A stretch of 64,000 nt of DNA from Chrysomallon squamiferum (lineage: Eukaryota; Animalia; Mollusca), in contig CM022669.1 of NCBI GenBank assembly GCA_012295275.1, positions 5,890,001-5,954,000 of the forward strand. Direction: 5' to 3'. Positions 22,736 through 52,262 of the stretch are shown piece by piece; position 1 is the stretch's first letter; every line of letters starts with the position of its first letter. Position numbers and translations under genes: made by a program. Under the pieces are notes generated by a model, which did no database searches, was not told the origin of the DNA, and saw only the letters and a program-made list of their open reading frames with translations.

Positions 22736-25700
22736 AATTTGAGATTTTCTTTATTACTGTTGTAGTTAATTATATATCTGGAACATACAAACAGTAATCT
22801 TTGAAATGCTATTAACTATCAGTTGATTTCATTTAACTCTCATCGTCCCAAAGGTAATTTAAGTCACCTGACATCGAACTAATGATATACATATTTATAA
22901 CTTGTTAAAATTTCTTTATTCATTCAAATTTTCACAAGAACAGAATATTTGAAAGCAGTCATATAAAATGTAATTTTGGTGATTTTTTTCAAACAGGCTA
23001 GGTACAAAAATGAGCTGCATTAAAATTTTAATTGGTGTACAGTATTTTCTAATAATAAAAAAAAATAAGATGTTAATTTCACATTGAACTATTTAAAGGT
23101 GAGATCTAATTAAATGTTCAACTATTTATTTAAAGAAAAAAGACAGATTTAATTATTTTAATTTGTTTCTAGATGACTCAAGAAGTGTTTGGTTTTGTGC
23201 TGAATCTCTGGAACAGCAGTCTCTCACATTTTCTACAACTTGCTACTGTCCACGATGAAGGAATGAACACAGCACTGGATCGCTGTAGTCTTGTGCTGAA
23301 AAGTAAATTTGTTTTATCTGTTGTCTGTATAAAAGTCTTATTAAGTTAACATCTTGTAACCTGATATTTTCTTTATTACTGTAGTAGTTAATTATTTACA
23401 CTAATACAATATTACAGATCTGTTGTCAGTTCAAAAGAACATTTTTATGATTGATTATGACTCTTATCACTACTATATATAAATATAAAACTGTCAAAAA
23501 TAATAATTATCATGCAGATATATACAGAGATATGATTAATTTAAAAACATACTGGACAGTTAAATCAAACACACCTTTGATGCCTTTGAGATAACAAATA
23601 GTTTAATTAATATCATGTGAATGAAATTACTAAACTTGTAATAAAAGCAAATAATTCTGATCCTCCTTCATTTTTATCTGCTTCAGAAATCAGTACTTCT
23701 AGTTCTTGGTGAAATCAAATAAAATTATTTTTTTCTGTCTAACAGTTTTGAGAAAGCAGATAGCCTATGGATTTCACGATCTTCAGAGTCATCCAGATTC
23801 TGTGTGTTTTCTTAACTCGTTATTTCCTCACCTTGAAGCCATGCTTGACTGTCGTAAGTAGAAGTAACTACCTATGTTACACAGGCTGTAACATGTTTTT
23901 GAGCCATACAACAACAATGTCAGTTTAAACTGTCGGTTTCTTATTTTATTATATGTTGACTGAAGTTAAAAGTAATCATACGGTTAATAAATACATTTTT
24001 CTATAACAAATAATATAATTTATATTTAATACAAATAAAGAGAATGAAATAAAAGGGAAATAATATGAATGTTCATGCACATTGTATATATGAAATATTT
24101 ATCAGACACTAATAAAAAGTATGTTTGTGTATGTTATTTTTCTTTGTGTAGGAAGAAGTTTGTGGGGACATCATGCTATTGTTGAGAAGTGTGAACGGTT
24201 GATTGTTACACAGACAAAAGTGGTCAGTTTCATTTTTTTTTTTACATTTACACATATTAATTACTAAACAAAAGTTTTAGCAGAAGAATATTTTAAGAAA
24301 TTACAGAAATTTTATAAACAATATAGATTTTTAAATAAACTTTTTATTTTTCAATGTAGATTTATTATGTCTTTAGAATATAATATTAATTACATATATC
24401 TGTTTCATTTAAAATTAATTAAAATTAAAAATTAAAATTTTTGTTCCTCACAGCTATTAGATATCTTGGATATGCATCCAGCTTCATTTGTCAGTTTTTT
24501 ACAAACTACTCTTGAATTTGTTGTGCGATACAATTTTACTGAAAAAGGTAAGTGTGTCAGTTCCAGGGTCTGAGCTTATCAAAATCATCCAAATTTTTAT
24601 TTGTTTTTGTTTTTGCCTAAATGAAGTTTAATAAACTGTGATATCTTGTTGCTAATTGATAAATTCATACACTGGGAACATATTATCATGATACAAAAAT
24701 TAAATGTGGGTTATCAATAAATAAGTTTTTCCATTACTTTAACTTCATACTGTTTTGAAATTACTTAACTTATAATCCCAGACTGGGGTATATATTATCA
24801 TAATAATTATGTGTCTTAGTTGTGCTTTTGTTTTTTTAATTTTCTGTTTCTTTTTAAAGAATGTTTTCTCTTAACTGGTTTTTGTTAATTTTCAGGTCTG
24901 TTATTTGAAAGATTTGCTGTTAACTGTTTCAACATTATGAAGGGAATTCTTTTTTGTGATACCTACAAGCTGCCAAAAAATACAGAGATAGGTAAACTAA
25001 GTTTTTTACATCATTTGTACAAATTTTATTATTTATTCTGAATAAGAATTAACTGTAGAACATGTTACATGATTGTCATTTTAGCAATACAAGAATGAAT
25101 ATTATATATTAAATCTGTCTTAGTTTAATTGTAATAAATTAAGATGTTTTTGACAGGATCTTAAATCATGTGCAGATATACATAATATATATAATAATAC
25201 AACAATCTACTTACATATCACTTGCAGAACCAGTAAGTTCAGTGAGTATGGAGGCACACAAAATTCTGATGGATTTCTTCACATACAGCACACTTTCAGA
25301 AATCTGTCGTCGCTTGGTAACCCAGTATTTCCTTTTAACAACTGATGACCTGACTACATGGGATTCTGATCCTGAAGAATTCTGTAAGTAATAATTAAAA
25401 TCCTAACCTATGTGGTTATATGGTTACCATTTTCTAGACTCAGATACATTGAAAAACAATATCAAATCAGTTATACCGAAGATGAACTTTATTTACAACA
25501 TTTTTGGAATACTCACTTTTTATAATTATATTCTACAATTAATTGTGTAAAATCTTTACTGATTTTTTAAAACTTTTTTAAATTTTATTTTATATTAATA
25601 TATTACGTGTGTACATGGAAACTGATTTAAAGTTATGGATGAAAATATTATTTTCTCTAAATAATACAGACAATTTCAGCATGCTTGTTATTATGAAAGG

Positions 25701-27206
25701 AATCATTATCTTTTATGTCACGTTAAAATGTTAGCATTTCATTGGTTTGTAATTTTTATAGTTTATTTTACTGAGCTGCAGATAATTCTTGTATTGAGAA
25801 ACCTGTGTTTAAATTTATGGATGTTTTACATTTTAGGTCAGGATGAAGGTGGAGATTCTTACAAGTATTCTCTTCGAGTGAGTTAACAAAATAAAAAAAA
25901 TACACAGGTTTTCTGTTATAGCAGATCTGTTTTTGTCCTGTAGCTTGTTAACTGAAATTCTTCTCAGTTGAAATTGTTGTTTCAATTACTGAATTAGCTA
26001 AGCAGTATCTTTTTGTATTTCTAAAATAAAAAAATAATAAAAAATAAAAAATAAAAACATTTACAAATAAACAAATAAAATAAAATATATAATAAAAAAC
26101 CATTAGTTTCAATTTATTCAGTAAAAATCATAGGTTAATTCCTTTTAGTAGTCTTAAGTTTAAGGCTTAAAAGGCTACTTTTCTCAGATCATTGTTATAG
26201 AACACCCATTTCCGAGATAACTGGTACCTATTAAAGTACTGAGGTTTCATTAAACTTACATTTATATCTGTACATACTTATTTTTATTATTATTATTATT
26301 TTTTAAAATTGTTATTATTTATTTATTACTTAATTTATTTTATTTATTTTGTGTTTTTGCAGCCCTGTACAGAAGTGTTGTTTTTAACAATTTTCAAAGC
26401 ATTCCGACTTTCTCTCACTCCAGTTCTGCTAGAACTAGTTCAGTCCATCCAGATTCCATGTGATCCTGAAGACTTTGCCACTGTGTTAAAAAAAGATGCA
26501 GGTGAGAAATATTTTTCTTTTTCATTACTCATTATTTTAATTTTATTTAACTGTTGGTATTTCAGTATTTATTTATTTGAAATTTTGTTATTACTTGTTA
26601 TTTTTTTTTTTTTTTTTTTACTTTTACTTTTTTATAATTGTTTTACTTTATTTTGGTTTTCTTTTTCATTTTTTTTTTTTTTTTTTTTTTTTTTTCTTCC
26701 ATTTTTATATATTTTTTCTTTTATATTTTAATAATAGTTCTCACTTTTTAAATTTTAATTAAGTTTTTATTGTATATATTTATTAAGTTTTTATTTCACT
26801 TTATGAATGTAATTTTGAATTTGTTTTTCACTTTTTACCTATGGAAATCTTAGACACATCCCTCCCACCCCTGTCCTAAGGATTCTCAAGAGATAATAAT
26901 ATATTTATTATTTCAGTCTACAATGCCATTGGTCTTGCTGCTTTTGATCTGTTTGATGAGATAGATTTTGACCAGTGGTACACAACCTATCTACTTCAGG
27001 AACTTCAGGTCAAAGATGTTAAGTACGTTTTGAAATAAACCTGCAAGATTGTAAATTAACTTACTAAAACCACATTTACTTCTTAATCTAAACCACTTTT
27101 AAAAAATTTTATGACCAATTTCAAAATATTTACTAGAACAAGATGAGTGCAAAAGAATCCTTGAATTCTGTTCTTATTTTACATAAAGAATATTTATTAC
27201 TGTTAC

Positions 27207-27260
<54 letters not shown>

Positions 27261-29214
27261 CGTTATTATTATTATTATAAAATACTGGGGTAAAGGAATC
27301 CTTGTTTTACCTTGTTAAACTTTCTAAATATTCTTCTTCGAAACTTAATACCTTAATTTGGCCCTGCTTCTTCTCACAGGCATGATATCACAAATCACAC
27401 ATTTTTGTAAACTTGGTTTATATATATATATATATATATATTTTTTGATTATTTGCTTTCAGTTATCGAATTGTTCGCAAACGAGTCATCTGGTTGATCG
27501 GGCAGTGGGTTGGTGTTAAAATGTCTGTCAGTCTGCGACCCTCTCTGTACGAAGCTGTCATCTCTCTGCTAGACAAGCAGGAAGACCTCGCTGTCAGATT
27601 GGAGTCTGCAGCTTGCCTTAAAACTAATATCCTTTTCAAAACTATCACACTGTCTGGACAGTCACCAGCTGTATTATTTTAAGACTATGAAATAGTCTGA
27701 ATAGTCATGTACTGTTATTATTTCAAAATTGATATCCTTTATAAACCATCAGATTGTCTGAAAAGTCATATATTTTAAAACTAATATCCTTTTTCAACTA
27801 TCTGATAGGCTGAATAGTCACATTATATATTATTTGAAAACTAATATCTTTATGGAAGTAAAATTAAAAAGATACAGAACCTTTTTATATTAAAGCCAAA
27901 AGAAATTGTTATTTTATTATCATTTTCTCTGTTTAGCCTGACAGAATCCTTTGATATAATCTTTTATGATTTTAAAACTAAATTCTTTATAAAAAGTCAG
28001 TGACATATATTATCAAATAAACTAATGCCATATTAAAACATAAAGTATTATTAAAAGAAAGATTTAAATTTGCCGTTTATAATTTTGATGTCAGTTTAAT
28101 ATAAAATTGTTATTTTAAAATTGTTATTTTAAAATTTTAGTTCTGATGAATATTAGTTATTGCCATAAATTATAGAAGAATAATTATTAATAAGAAATTT
28201 GAGTCTTGCATTGTGTTATTGATTCCCTGACTTTCTTAAGCATTGATGACTTTGAGTTTAAAACAGATCAGCTTCTGCCTGTAAGCAAATAACTAAACTT
28301 TGTTTTCCTCATGTTCATTATTCCTGTCTGTGTGAGTGTGTGAGTAATTTGGTGAATATGAATGAGTCAGTCTGGGTACATAGGTGTGGGTAGGTGTGAA
28401 TGTATATGTGTGTATTTGGTTGTGAAGTCTCAAGAGTTGAAAAAAATTGTTAATGATGTATGATCAAGTTTATTATTTTTTTGTTTTATATTTATTATTT
28501 TATTTTACTATAATACATAGCTCTTCATTATTTTACTAAACAGTAAATTACTGAATGGCAAGTACTTACTGGAATACATTATATGATAAGAATTAACCCA
28601 CAGTATTCTTTTTTCCAGAGCTTACCATTATAGTTTGAACATATTAAGTGTGTTTTTTTTTTTTAATATATTTATTTATTGATTTTTACTTTTTACTTTT
28701 TCAGTATGTAGAGCCATTGTTTTCCCTGCTGTTTGAACTGCTCAAGGAAGTAAAAGAATGTGATACAAAGGTAAGTCATCTTTTAGTTTGCCGTAATATT
28801 TCCAAACTGCACAATCATTCAGTTTGTATCTGCCAATACTGAAGTAGCTTTCAAAATATTTTTCAGTCAAATATTTTTATAAAGTAATATTAATTAAAAT
28901 GTATTTTTTATTTATTAACTGTTTTTTTTGGTATTTCTGTCTGGAAATAAAAGTATTAATAATCTAACCTGTAGAAATTATTAAAAGGAATAATTAAAAT
29001 ATATTTATATTTTAACTGGGTGATGTTTCCTTGTTAGACTGTTAAAAAAACACCTGGTACAGAATTTGAATACTTCATTTATTTCATAAGTATATTTTCA
29101 GAGAGTTTGTGTTTCACTGATAATTCAAATTTATTAGTTTGCATTGTCAATTTATTACATTTTCAGTTACAGCTTTGAAATTTTATTTTCTCTGTACCAT
29201 TATAGGCATTTTGA

Positions 29215-29268
<54 letters not shown>

Positions 29269-31189
29269 GCTAGGTGTCAAACAGTGTACTGTACAGACAT
29301 CTTTCTTCAATTTTCAATTTCAGATGCATGTTCTGCATGTGTTTTCCTTTGTGATAGAAAGAATGGCACATGAAATTCGTCCGTATACCTCATCACTGGT
29401 GCAGTACTTGCCCTTACTGTGGCAAGAGTCCGCTCACCACAACATGCTCAGATGTTCCATCCTCACAACACTGATCCATCTAGTCCAGGTATTAAACTGA
29501 TCCAATCTAGTCCAACTGTTAAATTGATGCATCTAGTCCACAAGTTAAATTGATTCATCTAGTCCACATATTAAATTGATCCATCTAGTCCAGGTATTAA
29601 ATTTCCAGTCTGGCCTGTGTAATAAGTTGATCCATCTAGTGCAGGTATTAAATTGATCCAGTCTAGTCAAAGTGTTAAACTGATCCATCTAGTCTAGGTA
29701 TTAAATTGATCCACCTAGTCCAGGTATTAAATCAATCCATTTAGTCTGGTATTAAATCAATCCATTTAGTCTGGTATTAAATCAATCCGTTTAGTACAAG
29801 TAGTAAACTTTTCCTCTAGTCAGTTTATTATATTCATTCATCCAGTCCACATATTAAATCTATTCAATCTAGTCAGTATATTAAGTTGAGTCATCTGGTC
29901 TCTGTATTAAACTGATGGAATTATATATCAGAAATGTGAGAAATTAATTAAAAATGAAAAAAAGTGTTTAATTGTAGGATTTCATTATTATTGTTATTTA
30001 TTTATTTTTCAGAGTTTTGGGTCAATGTGCACAAACTTCTATGACTTCCTGATTCCTGTGATAGAACTCAGTACTGATGTGAATCAAGACCCTCATGTTT
30101 ATCTCATGGAAGATGGCCTTGACCTTTGGCTTATCACCTTGCACCATTCTCCAGTGGTGACAGAAAATCTGCTGACACTGTTTAAAAACATCCCACCTAT
30201 CATAGGTAAGTTGATTAAAATACAAATCTCAATAATTAGTCTATTCTTTATTTTTTAATTGAAATCACAACAGATAATCTATTTTAGATATTTTAAATTT
30301 GTATTAAAATTCAAAGGAACTCTAGTTGTCATTTATTAAGGTACAGTCTAAAAGATTTTTAATTAACATTAATACTATATATATATATATATTCATAATG
30401 ATGTAGAGTTTCTATTTTATAAATAATAATAATAATAAAGAATTTTTCTAAAATAATTAATAATACAATTTGATTTCCAGAGCGAGGTACAGAAAACTTA
30501 CGTATTTGTTTGAAAATCATTGAAGCGTATCTTCTTTCATGTCCTCAAGAATTTATGCAGGTATCTTTATTTTTTTATTTTTTGACATTTCACATATGAA
30601 TAATAATAAAAATAAAGAGAAGCAATTTAATTTTTTCTGCAACTAATATTACTTCTGACATAATTTTAATTTAATTCGTCAAATGCCATTAAATGTCTGA
30701 CAATTTCTGGGGAAAAAAAAAAATTTACATTTTTCTTTTTTCGTTTTTGTTGTTGTTGTTGTTGTTGTTGTTATTGTTGCTGTTCAGCTTTATTCAGATG
30801 TTCTGACACATTCACTGTCCAGTATTATGCCAGATCTGCAGACAGACGGACAGCTGCTTGTTTTACGGGTAAATATTAAATGTGTTAATAAAACTATTCC
30901 AGATTTTTAAAAAAAGAAACTGTTTCTCTATATGTAAAATACTGACTGGTGTATGTGGAACAATGTCTAACTAGCTAAAGATATTATTACTTTCTGAAAA
31001 TGTTATATTTATTATCATTGTTAAAAATACAACACTTGATAATATAATAAGACTTTTTTTTTACAGAATTTTATTTTATTTTATTTTATTTTATTTTATT
31101 TTATTTCTTTATATTATTATTCTTTATATGTTGTAGTTGAAATCATTTTGAAATTTAAAAATCTGTTGTCTGATGTTTATTTATTTGTG

Positions 31190-31221
<32 letters not shown>

Positions 31222-33192
31222 GATAATAGAGTTGATTTTTAAATTGTTTCCTACTGTGGGGCCCCAAGTGTTTGCTTGTCTTTTGCCCAGAATGATGAAA
31301 AGTCTAATTAATGATGAGGCAAGAATATATATATATATATATATATATATTATCATATTCCTCCTATATTAAAAACAAATTAATTAATTACAATAGCTGG
31401 TAATTAAGCATTGACATATAACTAAGTAAATAATTACTTCAGCACAGGAGAATACAGGATTAAAAGATTCCTGAAAAGCAAGGCAACTATAAAACTATAA
31501 ATTATTTTAGAAGCAAATTTAAACTGAGCTTCATAAATAATGTTTATGACAAACTGGAACCAAATTTTAATTTGTATACATAAAGACTTATATTACACAT
31601 GAAACAAAATCTAAAAAAAACAAGAAAAAAAACATCAAAATGATTTTTATAAGTTTTTAATAATATTTTCTGTTTTTTCTAGGAAAACACGCCAGTAATC
31701 TCAATGTATCTTTGTCTGTTTGCACGAATTCTTCTTCATCATAGAGATTTTCTCTGGTCATTCTTAGAAAGGACAGCTTCAGAGATGGCAAAAGATGTAA
31801 GAGAAACATTTGTAATGTTTTATATTACACAACATTTATACTGTACTATGAAGAACTTGTTTCTTTGATATGTTAGATTTCTGCAGCTGGCATTGCCTAA
31901 AAAAAAAAAAAAATAATAAAAGATACACTTGTGATGTTGTTTCAGGCAAATTTCAGAAACAGCATACTCATTTATAGCTTTTAACTAGCATCTGATTCTG
32001 ATTTGTAAGTGTATTGTAAATTTTAAGGAAATTTAATGGCATATTATAAATTTAAGGGTTATTTAATGACATTTTACATATTTAAGGGTAATTTAAAGGC
32101 ATATACATTTTAAGGGTAATTTAATGGCATAGTATAAATTTAAGGGTAATTAACTAATTTAATGGCATATTACAAGTTTAGGGTATTTTAAATACTATAT
32201 TCATGCAAAAATCTGTCTTGGATTACAGTTTCAGCAGTTACTTGGTCTTCTCCTGGACATCTGGCTGGACAAGATTGATAGTGTCACACAGCCTGACAGA
32301 AGAAAGGTTATAGCGATGGCAGTTGCATCCCTTCTCACTGTGAATATCAGGCAAGTATTTCTGTCCATTACTACATAAACATTTGTTTTGTTGACTATTT
32401 CATAACAAAGACAGTAGTTGGAAAAAGCCCACTCAAATCATATGTATGATTACGTAGTAATTAAAAAATGTATTGAATCTTGAGAAAAAAAGAAAAAAAA
32501 ATACATATACATATACATGCATGCAGACATACACATGCATATATATGGAGAGAGAGAGAGAGAGATGCTTGAAAAACTATTCCTTTATTATAAACTATTA
32601 ATAGATTTTATGTAAGAATTGTATAAAAAATACTGACAAATTTTGTTAATATCATATGTAGTAAACATTTCTTGAAGAATTAATATTCCCAGTAATATCT
32701 GTGAAATAACTGATTGTTGTGCTTAGCAGATGATTTTTAAAAATATTGTTTCTGAGATACAATAATCAGTTTTAATTTTATTACTTATTTTATTATAATT
32801 ATTATTCTTAAAAGTTAATGGATTTATTTTGATTCTGTTTTCATTTTTTTGTTTTTTGCCTTCAATATATTTTGGATGGTGAATTTTGCACCATTATCTT
32901 CCATGTGTAGAAGTGACAATTAATAATATAATAAGAGATATTTAATTAAGTAACTTTTATTTCAGTTGTGTGTTGGGGAGGTTTGCTACCATCATTAATC
33001 TGTGTGTGCAAGTTTTACATGACTTGTGCAGACCAGGAGATTCGCAGATTGAGTGAGTTTTTATAAACTTAATTATATGCAAAATGTTTCTTCCACATAT
33101 TTGCCTTTGGGAAATTAATGGGTTTTGTTTTTGTTCCTAAAATGTGTTTAAGATATGACCAAGATTATACAAACACATATGAACACACACAC

Positions 33193-33278
<86 letters not shown>

Positions 33279-34496
33279 ACTTGATATAACCTAGTAATTC
33301 TTTACATATAACTGATGAATGAGTACAAAATCTTCCACTAAAAATTGGTCAAACTACACTGAGTTTTTTTGAGACAGAACATCTATATTAACACATAATT
33401 ATTAGATTTTAAAACAGAAATATTTTATCTAAACACTTCAGTGTGCATGTGTTACTACATGAGTGAATAACTGATCACAGGTACTGCCAACGATCATTTG
33501 ACACAATATTTTTCTGATTCATGAACTATAATCGGACAGTTACTACTAATAATATATTTGTAAAAATGTCTGTTTCTGCTTGTGCAGTGCAATGTTTTTC
33601 AGTTCGCTGGTTATAACTGATGATGACGATATTTACACAGACAGCTGTGAGGAATCAGAACATGACAAAAGGAAAAGACAGGTTTTTTTTTTTTTTTTTT
33701 TTTTTATTTTAAAAATATATATTGTGCTTAAACAAAAAAGATTACACCTCTGAAACTTTTATATGTTTTAGTTAATGTGTGGGATTAAATTTCAACAAAG
33801 GTCATCTCAAGGTCACGTGATCCACGAGGTCAATTTCAAGGTTATAACAAAGGTCAAACAGCCAGTGTACCCCAGCATTCTTCAAACAGAACAATAATGG
33901 CAGATTTGGAATCCTTGTCATATTGCCTTTTCAACAATACAATTTTATGAAGATTTGCCCAGTAGTTCCTGAGATATAAGGCTCAAAGATTGGTGGTCAG
34001 GCCCATTTTGGCCAAAAATCTCAAAATTCAGGGAGCCATATCTACCGGACCACTTATCTGATTGGTCTAAAATTTTGGTTTGGTGCAGTGGGATCCCAAT
34101 CAACAAGTATACCAAGTTTCATAAAAATCTGAGATGGTTGGGTTTAAAAAAAAGATTGTTTGGGGCAATTTGACACAGAATGACCCATTTATTTTTATAT
34201 TATTTATTAATAATAAAGTTTTTTTAAATTATATAAGCATATATTAATATTATTATTATTAATTATAGTTATTTATATATATATTTTTTTTATTATTATT
34301 TTTAAATTAATTAATTAATCAATAACTTAATTTTCAGCTTGCTAGAAAGGATCCAGTGTACACAATTTGTCTGAAGGAGTATGTCATGTCACAGTTGAAT
34401 CAGTGTCAGGAGATACATGGACTTGCTGTGTTCAGTCAACTCATGGAGCAGGTGGACCCTGACATCCTCACACAACTCAAACAGTTCAGTGTGTGA
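20961..34496 (+). CDS. IPO11: Importin-11, complete, 26 coding exons
   Basis: Exons 20961-21098, 21603-21703, 21980-22052, 22297-22500, 23173-23302, 23746-23853, 24152-24222, 24454-24547, 24896-24991, 25228-25383, 25837-25877, 26363-26501, 26917-27022, 27463-27626, 28240-28280, 28705-28770, 29324-29488, 30013-30205, 30481-30560, 30788-30868, 31223-31318, 31683-31796, 32229-32350, 32966-33052, 33603-33681, 34338-34496. IBN_N-type LKPAEQQLHHWETQPGFYSIL, KNGVERYWRK, VAKVARVDCPRHWPEL, WDSDPEEF, IDDFEF, EHDKRKRQLARKDPV. Confidence 0.96.
27627..28239 (+). other. U12-type intron with apparent AT-AA termini in IPO11
   Basis: Donor ATATCCTTTT at 27627; branch-like TTCCCTGAC 28223-28231; only an AA acceptor (28238-28239) keeps the frame (LKT-S-IDDFEF). 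Confidence 0.8.
29470..29915 (+). repeat. 26-bp minisatellite seeded on the IPO11 exon 17 donor
   Basis: Unit TGATCCATCTAGTCCAGGTATTAAAT; the first copy overlaps the exon end. Confidence 0.9.
32010..32190. repeat. ~30-bp intronic minisatellite
   Basis: Unit AAATTTAAGGGTAATTTAATGGCATATTAT, about 6 copies. Confidence 0.85.
33790..34186. mobile_element. Probable non-autonomous DNA-transposon fragment in the last IPO11 intron
   Basis: GC-richer island with motifs common in invertebrate MITEs (AGTAGTTCCTGAGATAT, AAGTTTCATAAAAATCTGAG), ending in a TIR-like GGCAATTTGACACAGAATGACCC; partner TIR not found. Confidence 0.4.
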
Positions 34497-36671
34497 CTCA
34501 GGGAGGTGTCCAGTGTTTGACCCTGGGGCATGTCCTGTATTTGAATGTTTGACCCAGGGACAGCCTGAGTCTCTGACCCTAGGGAAGTCCAGTTTTATTT
34601 TTTAATCCAGAGACAAGTTGTGTATGAAACAAGGTTTCAAGTGCAATTCTAGTGTTTGATCCAGGGTATGGTTAAACTTCCACAGATGTACAAATGCCAT
34701 AGTCATAAATTAACTAACTACATGCCAAATGGACGTGAAGACTGGGAGAAATTAAACATATTTTTGTCTTTCATTTGAGATTGGAAGCAGGTTGAGTTTC
34801 TGATGAATGTTTGTTATGTCCATATTCTGCCAAGTTTAATAATCATCATGATGGTTCATGTCATTCAGTGTGAGAAGATGATTAACGTTGTTAAATATTG
34901 GATAAAATGATCCGAAATATACAAGTGAATCATGTTTGTGAAGCTTATCAAAAGGATAACTTCAGTTTAATGTTAATTATGTGAAATTCTTTCATGTAAC
35001 TGTTACTGCTTATATGAACCAAACTTACATTTGGTTTTCACTCACAGCTTTAGATTAAAACATTTTTTTTCTGATTTCAAGATAAAATGAAGTAATTTTA
35101 ACACTTGATAATGATTATCAGAGATTTTTAAAACAGAATCTCAATAAAAATAATGGAGTTGTAAAAAATTGTAATGAAAATAACTGAACATCTGCTTACT
35201 TGTTGTAGTACTACTGCCAGAAAGTGATTAAAACAAATATAAATCAAGAATCTGTAAATATTTTCCTGTTTGTCTCGTTCTTTTTATTTTGGATGTTGAA
35301 TACTGTAATAAAAACATACAAAAAATCTACTTTTATATTTTGAACAGAGAGCTGTATTATATTATTTCTAGGAATGATGTAAGATTTATTCTTATTCTTT
35401 TGACCATGATAAAAAATAAAATTTGCCCTTTGAATTGAATGACAGGATTCGTCAGTAATGGTTCCACACTTAAACTGTAATAAAAGTGTATTTTAAAATG
35501 TTTCACTGTTATTTGTAATGTTTTACTGTAATTAGTAATGTTTTGCTATTAGTAGTGTATTACTGTTATTAATGTGTTAGTTATTAGTAATGTGTTACTG
35601 CTGTTAATAATGTTTTAGTTATTAGTACTGTCTTACTGCTATTAGTAATATATTACAGCTAGTCATTAATAATCTGTTACTGTTATTATTATATGTTACA
35701 GTTATTAAAATATGTTATTAGTAAAAACCTGCTCTAGCAGAAAAGTGCTTCACCAAAATCAACGTTATATGTTTCTTTTAATTTATTGTACAATACAATT
35801 TAGTTGTTTGGGTTAATTTACTTTTAATTTTCACTATTAGACAGTTTTATTTTATTTTCTCACTAATATTCCCATTTTCTTTTTAATTCTCTCACAAGCA
35901 TTTGTATTATGATTTCTCTGGAAAACTAAATAATGTCAAATGGCATGTATTGAAATGTTAGCCTGAAAATTAACAACAACGATGAAGATTAGTTGGACAG
36001 ACAGATACACACACACACACACACATTTGTGCATGTATGTGTTTTTTACATGGATGTATTTATGTATGTATGTACATATATTTATATGTTTAATGTTTGT
36101 ATATCTGTGTTTGTATGTTTAATTTTATCATTAGTACTTACAATCTTCAAATAAAGTACCTCATTAAATGTCAAAATAGTATTTTATTATAGAAGCATTT
36201 ATAATGAGACAAATCCACTTCATAAGCATCACTACAGTACATTGTGTTTTAACAGAATCTCTCCTGCATCTCAATATGATACACATTTTCATCAGTCCAG
36301 TAGTTTTCCTGGATATCATCTGTTTCTACCTCAGATCAAATTTTTGCTGTCAGCTGCAAGAATTCTTAAAATTTTAGCATATTAATTGAAATAGATAATA
36401 CATGTCATATAATTATAATAATATTTAAATGTCTGTAGACAATGAAATTGCCATAAGCCAATGCAAGAATGATTCTGGACCATAATATGAAAGTATTAAC
36501 ACAAACAAGAAAGAAAAAGAAAAGTTATATAAACAAGAAACAAGGTCACCCATCTGATTGTACAAATAAAATATCATTGAGTTTACAATTAACAAATGTG
36601 TAATATTGTCATGACACCCATCTTAAACTAACAACATTTTTTTTTCATATCATCTGTCATGTTTTTGTTTT

Positions 36672-52262
<15,591 letters not shown>

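Noticed and set aside
29470-29915. CRISPR-like appearance of regularly repeated 26-30 bp units (also 14300 and 32010)
   Set aside because: Head-to-tail repeats with no unique spacers, no cas genes, and a eukaryotic intron context.
30561-30787. Donor GTATCTTT resembling a U12 5' splice site
   Set aside because: One mismatch to GTATCCTT and no TCCTTAAC-like branch near the acceptor; treated as U2.
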